Origin: Candidatus Eiseniibacteriota bacterium
GTDB taxonomy: Bacteria > Eisenbacteria > RBG-16-71-46 > DASYSL01
Length of the DNA stretch: 64,000 nt
NCBI GenBank assembly: GCA_031431875.1
Contig: JANPEF010000011.1
Location: 407-64,406, forward strand
Direction of reading: 5' to 3'
Shown here: positions 18,247-27,482 of the stretch, one piece after another
Layout of the letters: each line of letters starts with the position of its first letter
How positions within the stretch are numbered: position 1 is the first letter of the stretch
Notes under the pieces: generated by a model
Told to the model about the DNA's origin: nothing
The model's database searches: none
What the model saw: the letters and a program-made list of their open reading frames with translations, nothing else
Position numbers and translations under genes: made by a program

Positions 18247-19223
18247 GACGACTCCCTGGTACGCGGATCGAGCCACAGGAGCGCCAGGTCGACCAGCCAG
18301 TTCGCGCCCAGCACGGCGAGCGTGATGACGAGGAAGATGCCTTGCATGAGCGGATAGTCCTGGTTGCGTACCGCCTGCACCAGCAGGTAGCCCTGGCCAG
18401 GATAGGAGAACACGATCTCGGTCAGCAGCGATCCGCCGAGGACGAACCCGAGCGCCATGCCGAAGCCGGTGACGCTGGGCAGGAGGGCGTTGCGCGCGGC
18501 GTAGCGCAGCATGACCTGCGAGGGCGGGAGGCCCTTGGCGCGGGCCAGGTTGACGTAGTCCGAGCCGAGCACCGCGATCATCGTGTTGCGCATCGACAGC
18601 AGCCAGCCGCCGAGCGTTGCCAGGACCACCGTGCCGATGGGCAGCGCGGCGTGGCGAACCACGTCGGCGAGAAAGGTGAAGGTGAAGCCGGGCGTGAGAT
18701 CGTCGCCATAGGCGTGCCCCAGCGGGAACCAGCGCAGCGTGAAGCCCAGGACGTAGAGGGCGAGCATGGCGAGCCAGAAGTAGGGGAACGCGCCGATGAA
18801 CACCAGCGTCGAAGGCAGCCAGGTGTCGAGCCAGCCGCGGCGCTGCCAGGCGGCGACGGCGCCGAGCAGCGTGCCGATCGCGAAGCTCACGATCAGCGCC
18901 GTGCCGGCGAGGAACACCGTCCACACGAGGCCGGTGCCGATGACCTGCGACACCGGTGACGGAAAGTAGGCGATCGAGATGCCGAAGTCGCCGCGCAGCA
19001 CGTGGCCGAGGTAGGTGACGTACTGGACGAGGAGCGGCGCGTCGGTGAGCCCGAAGGTTTCGCGCAGGGCCAGCATGGCCTCGGGCGCGAGGCGGCCGCG
19101 AAAGCGGGCGAACAGCGCCGTCGCGGGATCGCCCGGCATGAGGCGCGGAAGGAAGAAGTTGAGCGTCAGCGCCGCCCACGCCGCGAACACGTAGAATCCG
19201 AGTCGCTGGAGGATGTAGGGCAA
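18243..19223 (-). CDS. oppB: Opp/Dpp-family ABC permease (OppB/DppB-like)
   Basis: MPYILQRLGFYVFAAWAALTLNFFLPRLMPGDP N-terminus typical of DppB/OppB. Polytopic membrane protein. Confidence 0.85.
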   Translation of the reverse strand: MPYILQRLGFYVFAAWAALTLNFFLPRLMPGDPATALFARFRGRLAPEAMLALRETFGLTDAPLLVQYVTYLGHVLRGDFGISIAYFPSPVSQVIGTGLVWTVFLAGTALIVSFAIGTLLGAVAAWQRRGWLDTWLPSTLVFIGAFPYFWLAMLALYVLGFTLRWFPLGHAYGDDLTPGFTFTFLADVVRHAALPIGTVVLATLGGWLLSMRNTMIAVLGSDYVNLARAKGLPPSQVMLRYAARNALLPSVTGFGMALGFVLGGSLLTEIVFSYPGQGYLLVQAVRNQDYPLMQGIFLVITLAVLGANWLVDLALLWLDPRTRESS

Positions 19224-19232
19224 ACTCGCCTC

Positions 19233-20906
19233 CTAGCGTGGCGTGAGGGTGGTGAGGACGAGCAAGAGCTCGCCCCGGTCAAACTTGTTCGGCGACGGAT
19301 CCGCGTAGGGATGGTCCGCCGCGGGGAAGCCATCGAATCGACTCGTGTTGTACTCCGCCCACGACGGGTTTGGATACAGCGGAATTGCAGGCGCCTCGCT
19401 GACGAAGACCCGCTGCAACTCGACGCACAGCGCCCGCTGCTTCGTTGGATCGGCTTCGCGCTCGAACGCGGCGAGCCCGCGGTCGGCCGCGGGGCTGCCG
19501 TAGCGGTGCCAGTTGCCCATCGCCGCGACGCCGACGGGGCTCACCGTCGCCGAGGCCATGAGCCAGCGGTAGAACGAATAGGGCGTCGGACCCTCGAACG
19601 ACCAGCCGAGCGTGAGGTCGAAGTTCCCCTCCTGGACGCGCTGGAACCAGGCGCTGAAGTCGTAGGTGCGCACCGTCGCGTCGACGCCGAGGGACTGCAG
19701 GTCGCGGGCGATCACCTGCGCGGCGCGAACCCAGTCGGACCAGCCGGCGACCGACAGCACCTCGTAGCGCAGGGGCTTGCCGTCGGGGAGACGGCGCATC
19801 CCGTCCGCGCCGCGCACCAGGCCCGCCGCGTCGAGCAGGCGCCCGGCGGCGGCCGGGTCGTGGCGAACCCAGTCGCCGGCCGCGACGGCCGCGGAGTCGC
19901 GCCACGCGGCATAGGCGTCGCTGAGGCCCGTGGCGTCGGCGGGTCGCGAGTAATGGTGCAGCGCCACGTCGACCATCAACGTCCGGTCGATCGCCATGCT
20001 GAACGCCTTGCGCACGCGCACGTCGTCGAACGGCGCGCGCCTCGTGTTGGCGTACAGGAAGATGCTGCTGCCGGTGAGCGGGAACCAGTAGCGATGATGC
20101 TCCGGGTTCCGACCGACGAAGACACGGTCGACGGCGGGAATGAAGTTCCCGGCCCAGTCGGCCTCGCCGAAGACGAGGGCCAGGTTCGCGCGATCGTTCG
20201 ACGGGTAGGCGGGGCAGCGGATGGCGTCGAAGTGCGGCTCGCCGGGGCGCCAGTAGCGGGGATTCCGGCCGAGTTCGTAGACCTGGTTCTGGAAGACGCG
20301 GACCTCGGTGAAGGGTCCGGTGGCGACCGGGTTCTCGTTCGCGAAGGCCACCGGATCCGCCACCGTGCTCCACACGTGGCGGGGCACGATCTGCTGGGCG
20401 ACGATCTCGTCGAAGCCGGGGATGAACACCCGCTGGAAGCGGAAGGCGACGGTGCGCTCGTCCACTGCATCGACCGCCGAGAGGAAGCCCCAGAGGCCGC
20501 GCCGATCGAGGGCGGGATGGCGCTTGAGCAGGTCGAAGGTGAACGCCACGTCGCGGGCGTCGAACGGCCGGCCGTCCGACCACAGCACGCTGTCACGCGT
20601 GGTCAGTTGCAACACGAGGTTTCCCTCGGTCCAGGCGTGGCCGACGGCGAGCCACGGCACGTACTCGGAGCGCTGGCTGTTGAACACGTACAGCGGTTCG
20701 TAGATCCCGGCCAGCGTGGGCCAGCGGGCCGACGTCGCGGTGGTCAGCGGATTGAAGTTGCGGATCCACGAGGCCTGCTGTTCCTGCGAGACGACGAGCA
20801 CCCCGGCCGGGGCCCGCGGTACGTCGCGGGCGCAGGCGACCGCCCCGAGCGCGGCGAGCGCGAACGCGAGGCGCGCCCACGGGGGCGGCGGCGCTGCAGC
20901 GATCAC
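19233..20906 (-). CDS. ABC transporter substrate-binding protein, family 5 (OppA/DppA-like). The genomic context suggests a beta-gluco-oligosaccharide ligand.
   Basis: Signal peptide. ~557 aa with SBP_bac_5-like composition. It heads the SBP-oppB-oppC-oppD operon, 10 bp upstream of oppB. Confidence 0.75.
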   Translation of the reverse strand: MIAAAPPPPWARLAFALAALGAVACARDVPRAPAGVLVVSQEQQASWIRNFNPLTTATSARWPTLAGIYEPLYVFNSQRSEYVPWLAVGHAWTEGNLVLQLTTRDSVLWSDGRPFDARDVAFTFDLLKRHPALDRRGLWGFLSAVDAVDERTVAFRFQRVFIPGFDEIVAQQIVPRHVWSTVADPVAFANENPVATGPFTEVRVFQNQVYELGRNPRYWRPGEPHFDAIRCPAYPSNDRANLALVFGEADWAGNFIPAVDRVFVGRNPEHHRYWFPLTGSSIFLYANTRRAPFDDVRVRKAFSMAIDRTLMVDVALHHYSRPADATGLSDAYAAWRDSAAVAAGDWVRHDPAAAGRLLDAAGLVRGADGMRRLPDGKPLRYEVLSVAGWSDWVRAAQVIARDLQSLGVDATVRTYDFSAWFQRVQEGNFDLTLGWSFEGPTPYSFYRWLMASATVSPVGVAAMGNWHRYGSPAADRGLAAFEREADPTKQRALCVELQRVFVSEAPAIPLYPNPSWAEYNTSRFDGFPAADHPYADPSPNKFDRGELLLVLTTLTPR

Positions 20907-21730
20907 GACCCGGACCGGTACACCCGGACCCAGTCGACGAGCATCGTCTGGGGGAACACCGTGCTCTCATCGGGCGGGCCCACGAAGTTGCCGCCGACTG
21001 CGACGTTCAGGATCATGAAGAAGGGATGGTCGAACACCCAACGCCCGCCGGCGGGGAGGTCGGCCGGCGTGAGCACGCGGTAGACGACGTCGTCGACGAA
21101 CCAGGTGATCCGGCTCTCGCTCCACTCGACCGCGAAGACGTGGAAGTCGTCGTTGAAGTTGGCGCCCGGCAGCGTGTACCGCGTCCCCACCGAGTTGCCG
21201 CCCGAGTAGCCGGGTCCGTGGATGGTGCCGAGGATGACGTTCGGCTCCTGGCCGCGGTACTCCATGATGTCGATCTCGCCGCAGGTGGGCCAGCCAACCG
21301 TGCCGAAGTCGTTGCCGAGGGCCCAGAACGCGGGCCAGATGCCCTGTCCGATCGGCAGCTTGATCCGTGCCTCGAACCGCCCGCGCGCCTGCTCGAAGAG
21401 CCCGCGCGTGTTGATCCGCGCCGACGTGTACTCGGACTCGAGGTAGTTCTCCTCGCGGGCGATGATCGCCAGGTTTCCCGCACCGTCGAGCGACGCGTTC
21501 TGCGGGCGCGCCGTGTCGTACTCGAGTTGCTGGTTACCCCAGTCGGTGCCGATGTCGAAGCGCCAGCGCGCCGGGTCGGGGGACTGGCCCGCAGCTCCTT
21601 CGAACTCGTCCTGCCAGGCGAGGGTCCACTCCAGCGGCACCGGGTCGGTGGCGCCGCTGCGGCAGCCGGTGAGCGCGAGGAGGAGGGCGAACAGGAGCCA
21701 GGGTCGAGCGTCGCCCCTGCGTGCGGTCAT
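20903..21730 (-). CDS. GH16 laminarinase-type endo-beta-1,3-glucanase, lipoprotein
   Basis: Lipobox LLLALTGC. A GEIDIMEY catalytic motif (GH16 ExDxxE with beta-bulge). WPAFWALG and ILNVAVGG motifs conserved in GH16 laminarinases. Confidence 0.85.
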   Translation of the reverse strand: MTARRGDARPWLLFALLLALTGCRSGATDPVPLEWTLAWQDEFEGAAGQSPDPARWRFDIGTDWGNQQLEYDTARPQNASLDGAGNLAIIAREENYLESEYTSARINTRGLFEQARGRFEARIKLPIGQGIWPAFWALGNDFGTVGWPTCGEIDIMEYRGQEPNVILGTIHGPGYSGGNSVGTRYTLPGANFNDDFHVFAVEWSESRITWFVDDVVYRVLTPADLPAGGRWVFDHPFFMILNVAVGGNFVGPPDESTVFPQTMLVDWVRVYRSGS

Positions 21731-22980
21731 GCGATCTCCGCGGTCGGTGTGGCGAGATTGAAGTGACGGGAGTCGGCGAGTGCCGATTGGAGGACGAGCG
21801 TGGCCGCTCCGATGGCCCCGGCGCGCGGGCCCAGCTCGCTGACCTGAATCGCCGAGGCCGAGAATGCGCTGAGCAACGTGCGGCGACTGACCGTCTCGCG
21901 CAGGGGCTCGAGCAGGATCTCGCCGAGCCGCGCGATGCCGCCGCCGAGGATGACGCGGGCGGGATTGAGGAGGTTGAGCACGTCGGCGACGGCGATGCCG
22001 AGGTTCTCCGCCGCTTCGACCACGACCTGCAGGGCGATCGGGTCGCCGGCAAGTGCCGCGTCCTCGATCGCGGTGATCGTGGGCTCGGTGTCGGCAAGCA
22101 TGCTGTCCGGATCACGCGCGAGCAACTCGCGGGCGCGGGCAACCAGCGCCGGGGCACCGATCAGTGTGGCGAGGCAGCCGCGCAGGCCGCAGATGCACAG
22201 CGCGCCGTGCGGGTCGATGGCAACGTGACCGATCTCGCCGGCGGTGCCTCTGGCGCCGCGGTAGATGTTGCCCGCGATGATGTGGCCCGAGCCGATGCCG
22301 GTCGCCAGCTTGATGTAGGCGAAGTCGTCGATGCCGCGGCCCGCTCCCCACCACTGCTCGGCGAGCGCCCCGAGGTTCGCGTCGTTGTCGACCATCAGCG
22401 GTGCGCCGAAGCGCTGTGAGAGGACCTGGAGTCCGCCGCGTCCGGACCACGCGGGGAGCACGAGCTCGGACAGGTGGTCGGGGTCCGTCGGGTCCACGGG
22501 GCTGGGCACGGCGACGCCGATGCCGACCAGGCGCTGCGACTCGTCAGCTCCCGCGGCCAGCGCGTCCTGGCAAAGCTCGATCATCAGCGCGCGGGTTCCC
22601 CTGGGATCCGTGCGCACGGCATGGTGGCGGTGCTCCCACGCGAGCACGCGCCCCCGCAGGTCCGTGAGCGCGACGGCAATGTGCGTCGCGCCCATCTCGA
22701 CGCCCAGGATGACGCACGCACCGTCCTGGAAGCGCAGCACGATCGGCCGGCGGCCGCCGCGCGAGGGACCGGTGCCGACTTCGGCGACCAGCCGGGTGAG
22801 CAGCAGGCCGTCGACGATCTCGGAAACCGTCGACCGCGAGAGCTCGGCCCGGCGGGCGATCTCGGCGCGCGAGATCTCGCCCTCCCGCCAGATGCGGCGC
22901 AGCACCGAGTCGGAGAGGCGCCGCCGCCGCGCGGCACCGGAGTGACGCGCTCGCTTTCCCAGGAAGCCGGACTTCATCAT
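21727..22980 (-). CDS. ROK-family transcriptional regulator (NagC/XylR-like) with an N-terminal wHTH
   Basis: Start re-assigned to the ATG at 22978-22980, overlapping the upstream stop (ATGA). HTH RRIWREGEISRAEIARRAELSRSTVSEIVDGL. ROK glycine-rich motifs and a CxCGxxGC zinc motif (CICGLRGCLA). Confidence 0.8.
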   Translation of the reverse strand: MMKSGFLGKRARHSGAARRRRLSDSVLRRIWREGEISRAEIARRAELSRSTVSEIVDGLLLTRLVAEVGTGPSRGGRRPIVLRFQDGACVILGVEMGATHIAVALTDLRGRVLAWEHRHHAVRTDPRGTRALMIELCQDALAAGADESQRLVGIGVAVPSPVDPTDPDHLSELVLPAWSGRGGLQVLSQRFGAPLMVDNDANLGALAEQWWGAGRGIDDFAYIKLATGIGSGHIIAGNIYRGARGTAGEIGHVAIDPHGALCICGLRGCLATLIGAPALVARARELLARDPDSMLADTEPTITAIEDAALAGDPIALQVVVEAAENLGIAVADVLNLLNPARVILGGGIARLGEILLEPLRETVSRRTLLSAFSASAIQVSELGPRAGAIGAATLVLQSALADSRHFNLATPTAEIA

Positions 22981-24416
22981 CGGTGGAAGTAGACGTTGTC
23001 GACGTACACGGTGCTCGCGTCGCTGGAGAGGATGAGCTGCGCCACGTGGCCACGCGTCGTCAGGCCGGTGAAGCTCTCCAGCGGGATGTCGAGGTCGGAC
23101 CAGACCCCGGTCCGGAACGCCGGGGTGGTCCCGCCGTTGAAGCTCAACTCCTGTTCCCGGTCGTCGCCGCCGCCGAAGACGCCGTTGGCCCCGAAATCGA
23201 CCAGCTTGATCCGGCAGATCGCCCCGCCCGAGGCCCACACGTCGAGATGGACGTGGGTCATCGCGGTGGCATCGATGGGCAGCGACGTGAACTCGATACC
23301 CGCGTACGTGAGGTTCGAATAGGCCTTCGTGTCGTTGCCGGCGATCTGCACATCCGACACGTCCGCCAGATCCCACGTTGCCGACCAGGTGTCGACGGGC
23401 CGGTTCACGTACGAGTTGCTGAACAGCGAGATCACGTCGGCCGCCGGCCGCGTTGGAACCGGCGCCGCGTCGGGGGGCAGCGCCGAAGCGTTCACAGTCA
23501 GCACACCGACCGCGGGGATGGTCCCGAGGCGGGCCGTGATTTCGGTCCGGCCGGCCCTGTAGACCCGGACGATGCCCTGGTCGACCTGCGCCACGGAGTC
23601 GACCGACGTGGCGTAGTCGAACCAGGCCGGCATGTGCTCGACGATCTGGTTCGCCCCGCCGACGTCGAACGTCGTGCGCGTCCCTTGCACCGGGAAGGAC
23701 GCCCCGGCGAAGGCGCCGACGAGACGCGACTGCAGCCCGGGCCGAGGGTTCGAGATGGTGTCGACGGTCTCGAACATGATGTCATCAAACCACAACGTGT
23801 AGCCCGAGCCCGCCTCGGGACCCTCGGCGAAGAAGAACATGCCTCGCTCGGCGCGGAGCACTCCGGTCAGGGGGATCGGGATCGTGTACTTGGTCCAGGC
23901 CGTCGTGAGGGGAATCGCGGCCCACCGCACCTCGTACTTCGAGGTCCCCGTGTTGTCGTTGCCGAGTCCGGCCACGTCGAGCGTCGCGGTCCGGCTGGCC
24001 CTGGCCCAGAAGGTCAGCGCGTTGTAGCCGGAGGGATCGCGGGCCTGCACGGTCGTGAACGCGCCGCCGGCGTAGCCGCCGGCCGGATCGCTGGGCCCCG
24101 GGACGCTCACCTTGAGGGAGGAGGTGCCCAGGTGCGAGACGGTGCCGTCGACCGTCACCGCCGTCACCTTCGATCCGGCGAACGCCTGGTAGCCGACTCC
24201 GTCGCCATACGCGTCGAGAAAGACGATCGGATCGGCATTTCCTGGAGCGAGTCCAAGGTCCGCGGTGTCGTGACCGCAGCCGGCCATCGCGACGGTGAGC
24301 GCCGCAGCCGCGGCGAGCAGGAGGAACGTGTGTCTCGGCGTCACGGCATGCCTCCGGCTGGGGCGAGGTTCGGCGCCCGACACCCCCGAGAACCGCGTGA
24401 AATGGGCGAAATCCAT
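22977..24416 (-). CDS. surface lipoprotein with beta-sandwich/CBM-like domains; candidate glycan-binding protein of the locus
   Basis: Lipobox LTVAMAGCG. No catalytic motifs. Located between the ROK regulator and the NHL protein. The exact start is uncertain (ATG at 24416, or an internal GTG/ATG near 24350). Confidence 0.5.
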   Translation of the reverse strand: MDFAHFTRFSGVSGAEPRPSRRHAVTPRHTFLLLAAAAALTVAMAGCGHDTADLGLAPGNADPIVFLDAYGDGVGYQAFAGSKVTAVTVDGTVSHLGTSSLKVSVPGPSDPAGGYAGGAFTTVQARDPSGYNALTFWARASRTATLDVAGLGNDNTGTSKYEVRWAAIPLTTAWTKYTIPIPLTGVLRAERGMFFFAEGPEAGSGYTLWFDDIMFETVDTISNPRPGLQSRLVGAFAGASFPVQGTRTTFDVGGANQIVEHMPAWFDYATSVDSVAQVDQGIVRVYRAGRTEITARLGTIPAVGVLTVNASALPPDAAPVPTRPAADVISLFSNSYVNRPVDTWSATWDLADVSDVQIAGNDTKAYSNLTYAGIEFTSLPIDATAMTHVHLDVWASGGAICRIKLVDFGANGVFGGGDDREQELSFNGGTTPAFRTGVWSDLDIPLESFTGLTTRGHVAQLILSSDASTVYVDNVYFHR

Positions 24417-24671
24417 CTTTGTTCAGACGACGAACAAAGTATGCGGCGGCGGCCCGAGGCTGTCAAGCGGCTCGCACCCGGGATCCCGTGCCTGGGCAGC
24501 CGCACGCCGATCGCACTCGACTCATGGGGCCGAACTCGCGGCGCGCGACCAGCGACCCGTGCTCGGATTCACGATGACCGGCGGCGGAGCGGAAACTCTA
24601 GCCTTCCGCCGACGGCTGGCCGGAGTAGACTCGTTACGGATTTCGGGAATCATGCTCTGTCTCTGGAGGGA

Positions 24672-25640
24672 ATGATCGTGCTCGGGAAGCTGGGATTTCT
24701 CCTGCTCTGCTGCGTCGCATTCGCCGTTCCTGCCGCGGCCCAGCCGCCGACCTATCTCTACTCGATTCCGAGCGCCGGCCGGTGGTGGGAGATCCACCAG
24801 ATGGTGCAGCATCCCGACGGGCGCGTGTTCATCGCCGCCGGGCAGACCAACCGGGTTCTCGTCTATGACGAGAACGGCGCATACCAGGCGCAGTTCGGCG
24901 CCAGCGGGACGGGCCTCGGACAGTTCCACGTGACCGGGGGAATCGCCATTGCGGCGGATGGCTCGATCTTCGTCGCCGACCAGTCCAACCACCGGGTCCA
25001 GAAATTCTCGTCCGCCTTCGCACCGCTGGCCGCGTGGGGCACGCTGGGGACCGGCCCGGGGCAGTTGTGGTACCCGACGAACCTGGCGATCTCGCCGGAC
25101 CAGTCGCAACTCTATGTCGTCGAGTACTACGGAAATCGCGTGAGCGTGTTCGACTTGAACGGAGTGTTCCTCGGCAGCTTCGGCACGGGGGGAACCGGCG
25201 ACGGCCAGTTCGATCATCCCTGGGGCATCGCAGTCGACGGCGCGGGAAGCGTGCTCGTCTCCGACCAGTTCAATCACCGCATCCAGCGCTTCTCCGGGGC
25301 GGGAGCGTACCTGACGCAGTTCGGCCTGCCCGGCAGCGGGCCCGGACAGTTCAAGAATCCGGTCGGGATGGGCTTCGACTCGAAGGGCGATCTCTTCGTC
25401 TGCGACCAGTTGAACAATCGCATGCAGCAGTTCACGCCGGGCGGCTCGTTCCTCACCGAGTGGGGCACGTACGGCGGCGCCCCGGGCCAGTTCTACAACA
25501 ACTGGGCCGTGCTCGCCCTCGCCAACGAGAACGTCTGGGTGGCGGACACGTACAACCACCGCATCCAGGTCTTCGGCTTCATTCCCACGGCCGCCGTACC
25601 TGCGACCTGGGGCGGGATCAAGCACCAGTACCGCGAATAG
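24672..25640 (+). CDS. secreted NHL-repeat (six-bladed beta-propeller) protein
   Basis: ATG at 24672 with a GGAGGG RBS. The 885-aa track ORF is a read-through of the opposite strand. Signal peptide MIVLGKLGFLLLCCVAFAVPAAA. Six repeats of the type xxxPxGIAVDxxGxxxVxDxxNxRIQxF. Confidence 0.8.
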   Translation: MIVLGKLGFLLLCCVAFAVPAAAQPPTYLYSIPSAGRWWEIHQMVQHPDGRVFIAAGQTNRVLVYDENGAYQAQFGASGTGLGQFHVTGGIAIAADGSIFVADQSNHRVQKFSSAFAPLAAWGTLGTGPGQLWYPTNLAISPDQSQLYVVEYYGNRVSVFDLNGVFLGSFGTGGTGDGQFDHPWGIAVDGAGSVLVSDQFNHRIQRFSGAGAYLTQFGLPGSGPGQFKNPVGMGFDSKGDLFVCDQLNNRMQQFTPGGSFLTEWGTYGGAPGQFYNNWAVLALANENVWVADTYNHRIQVFGFIPTAAVPATWGGIKHQYRE

Positions 25641-25684
25641 AATGAACGGCCCGTCGCCGCTGCGGGCTCGGGCGGATTGACAGG

Positions 25685-25713
25685 CGCGCGGGACCGAGAG
25701 TAGGGTCCCGCGC
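25685..25713 (+). other. GC-rich hairpin (11-bp stem CGCGCGGGACC / GGTCCCGCGCG, 7-nt loop) abutting the GTG start of the MTase-PIG-L gene
   Basis: Perfect inverted repeat seen in the sequence. No downstream T-tract. It could be a terminator for the NHL gene or a translational/transcriptional control element. Confidence 0.4.
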
Positions 25714-27162
25714 GTGCGTGCCGCAACGAATCCGGACGACCTGCTGCGTCTGCTCGACGCGTTCCCTCCTGTCATCCCTTCCCGCATTCTCGTCTTCGGT
25801 CCCTTCGCCATCCCGATCTCCGAGGCCCTGCGCGCGCGCGGTCACGTCGTCGTTGCCGGCGTGATTCAGGCGCGCGAGCCGGCGCTCGCCGACGGCACGC
25901 GCCCGCCACCGGGCTCGTTCGATGTCATCGTCGCGGCGGGCCTGCTCGAGGATCTGTCCTGGGATCGCTGGGCATTGCAGCAGATGCACCGCTGGCTCTC
26001 GCCGGACGGCCGACTGCTCGTGACCGCGCCGAATCTATGGAGCCCGCTCGCGCTCGCCGACCCGCGCTACGTCGCCGGCAAACTCGCCAAGCAGTGGCCG
26101 AAGGTGCTGCGCCGCCTGGGCCGCACCCCGGCGCCCGCGCGAGATCCCGCGCGTCCCGTCAGGCGCGCCTACGACGTGCGACGGCTGCGCGGCATGCTCG
26201 AGCAACTCGGCTTCGCGGTGGAACGAGCCTCGCTGGGAGGACTCGGCAGCGAACACATCCTGTGGGCGCGTCGTCAGCCCGGTGTGTTCGGTCTCGCCCC
26301 CGAGCGACCGTTTCCCGATCCCGTTGCGCACCACGCGCGCTTCGACCGGGAGCACCGTGACCTCGGCCGCATCCGCGACGCCTGGCTCGCGGCGCAGCCT
26401 GGGCCCGCCGCGGGGGTGCCCGCGCAGGCCCCGCGCGAGCTCGTGCCCGGTGAGTACGCCGGCGCCGAAGTGCTCGTTCTCGCCCCGCACCCCGATGACG
26501 AGATCATCGGTTGCGGCGGCACGATCGGGCTGCTCGCCCGGGCCGGCGCGCGGGTGACGGTCGTCCAGGCGACGGACGGTTCGGCCTCGGCCGCCTTCGT
26601 CGACGAGCCCGAGGCGGTCCGCCGGCAGGTGCGGCTCGACGAGGCGACCGCGGTCGCCCGCGCCGCGGGGATCGCCCGCACGATCTTCTGGCGTGAGGAC
26701 AACCAGGCGTTCGTCTACCGGCCCGAACTCGTCACGCGACTTCGCGGCATCCTCGAGGAAGTCGATCCGGCACTCATCTTCGTTCCGTTCATCACGGACA
26801 TCCACGCGGATCACGTGCTGCTCGCCCGCATTCTCGCCGAAGCACTCGAGGGGTGGGACCGGCCGCACACCCGGGTGTTGGGTTACGAGATCTGGAGCCG
26901 CGTTCCGGCCAACGCGTGGTGCGACGTGACCGCGATCATGCCCGAGCTGCTGGAGTGGATCCTGCTCTACGAGACCGCGATGAAGGTCGACGACTTCGTG
27001 CACGCCTGCGCGGCGCGCGATTACGCCAACGCGCTCACGTTGTCGGGGCGCGCCGGGTTTGTCGAGGCGTTCCACGCCGGCGGCGTGGCGGCCTTTCGGG
27101 ACCTCGTGAATCGCGCCGCAGGGTCTGCTACGATCGGCTCTCTCCGAAGCTCCACATCCTGA
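25714..27162 (+). CDS. fusion protein: N-terminal class I SAM-methyltransferase-like domain + C-terminal PIG-L/LmbE-family N-deacetylase
   Basis: GTG start. N-terminal ILVFGPF...FDVIVAAGLLEDL...GRLLVTAPN (MTase-like). C-terminal LVLAPHPDDEIIGCGGT (PIG-L AHPDDE signature) and a downstream His/Asp-rich region (ITDIHADH). Confidence 0.6.
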   Translation: MRAATNPDDLLRLLDAFPPVIPSRILVFGPFAIPISEALRARGHVVVAGVIQAREPALADGTRPPPGSFDVIVAAGLLEDLSWDRWALQQMHRWLSPDGRLLVTAPNLWSPLALADPRYVAGKLAKQWPKVLRRLGRTPAPARDPARPVRRAYDVRRLRGMLEQLGFAVERASLGGLGSEHILWARRQPGVFGLAPERPFPDPVAHHARFDREHRDLGRIRDAWLAAQPGPAAGVPAQAPRELVPGEYAGAEVLVLAPHPDDEIIGCGGTIGLLARAGARVTVVQATDGSASAAFVDEPEAVRRQVRLDEATAVARAAGIARTIFWREDNQAFVYRPELVTRLRGILEEVDPALIFVPFITDIHADHVLLARILAEALEGWDRPHTRVLGYEIWSRVPANAWCDVTAIMPELLEWILLYETAMKVDDFVHACAARDYANALTLSGRAGFVEAFHAGGVAAFRDLVNRAAGSATIGSLRSSTS

Positions 27163-27179
27163 ACCCCGAGGGGGAACGA

Positions 27180-27482
27180 GTGCCGCCCGCGATCACCGCC
27201 GAGTCCATCGCCGAGAGTGTGTCCCGTGCCATCGCCGCGCACAACGCGAGCGAGGGAACCGCCATCCCAGCGGCCGCCGACACCGCCCTGCTGGGCGAGG
27301 GTGGCGCCGTCGACTCGCTGGGTCTCGTGCGGCTGGTGATGACCGTCGAGCGCCAGGTCGAGGATGACTTCGGCGTGTCGCTGTCGCTGACCGACGAGAA
27401 GGCGATGTCGCAGCGGAACAGCCCGTTCCGGACGGTGGGCACGCTGACCGCCTACATCGGCTCGTGCCTCGCGCAGCCGTGA
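27180..27482 (+). CDS. acyl carrier protein (stand-alone, ~100 aa)
   Basis: GTG start with a GAGGGGGAA RBS 18 nt after the upstream stop. A phosphopantetheine attachment motif GGAVDSLGLVRLVM and an acidic helix II. Confidence 0.7.
   Translation: MPPAITAESIAESVSRAIAAHNASEGTAIPAAADTALLGEGGAVDSLGLVRLVMTVERQVEDDFGVSLSLTDEKAMSQRNSPFRTVGTLTAYIGSCLAQP

Noticed and set aside
18247-19179. N-terminal extension of the 624-aa ORF 17305..19179
   Set aside because: It overlaps oppB in another frame. OppC begins at the ATG at 18246, overlapping the oppB stop.
22983-24671. Upstream 563 codons of the 885-aa plus-strand ORF 22983..25640
   Set aside because: This is antisense to the ROK regulator and lipoprotein genes. 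The real gene (NHL propeller) begins at the ATG at 24672, which has an RBS and a signal peptide.
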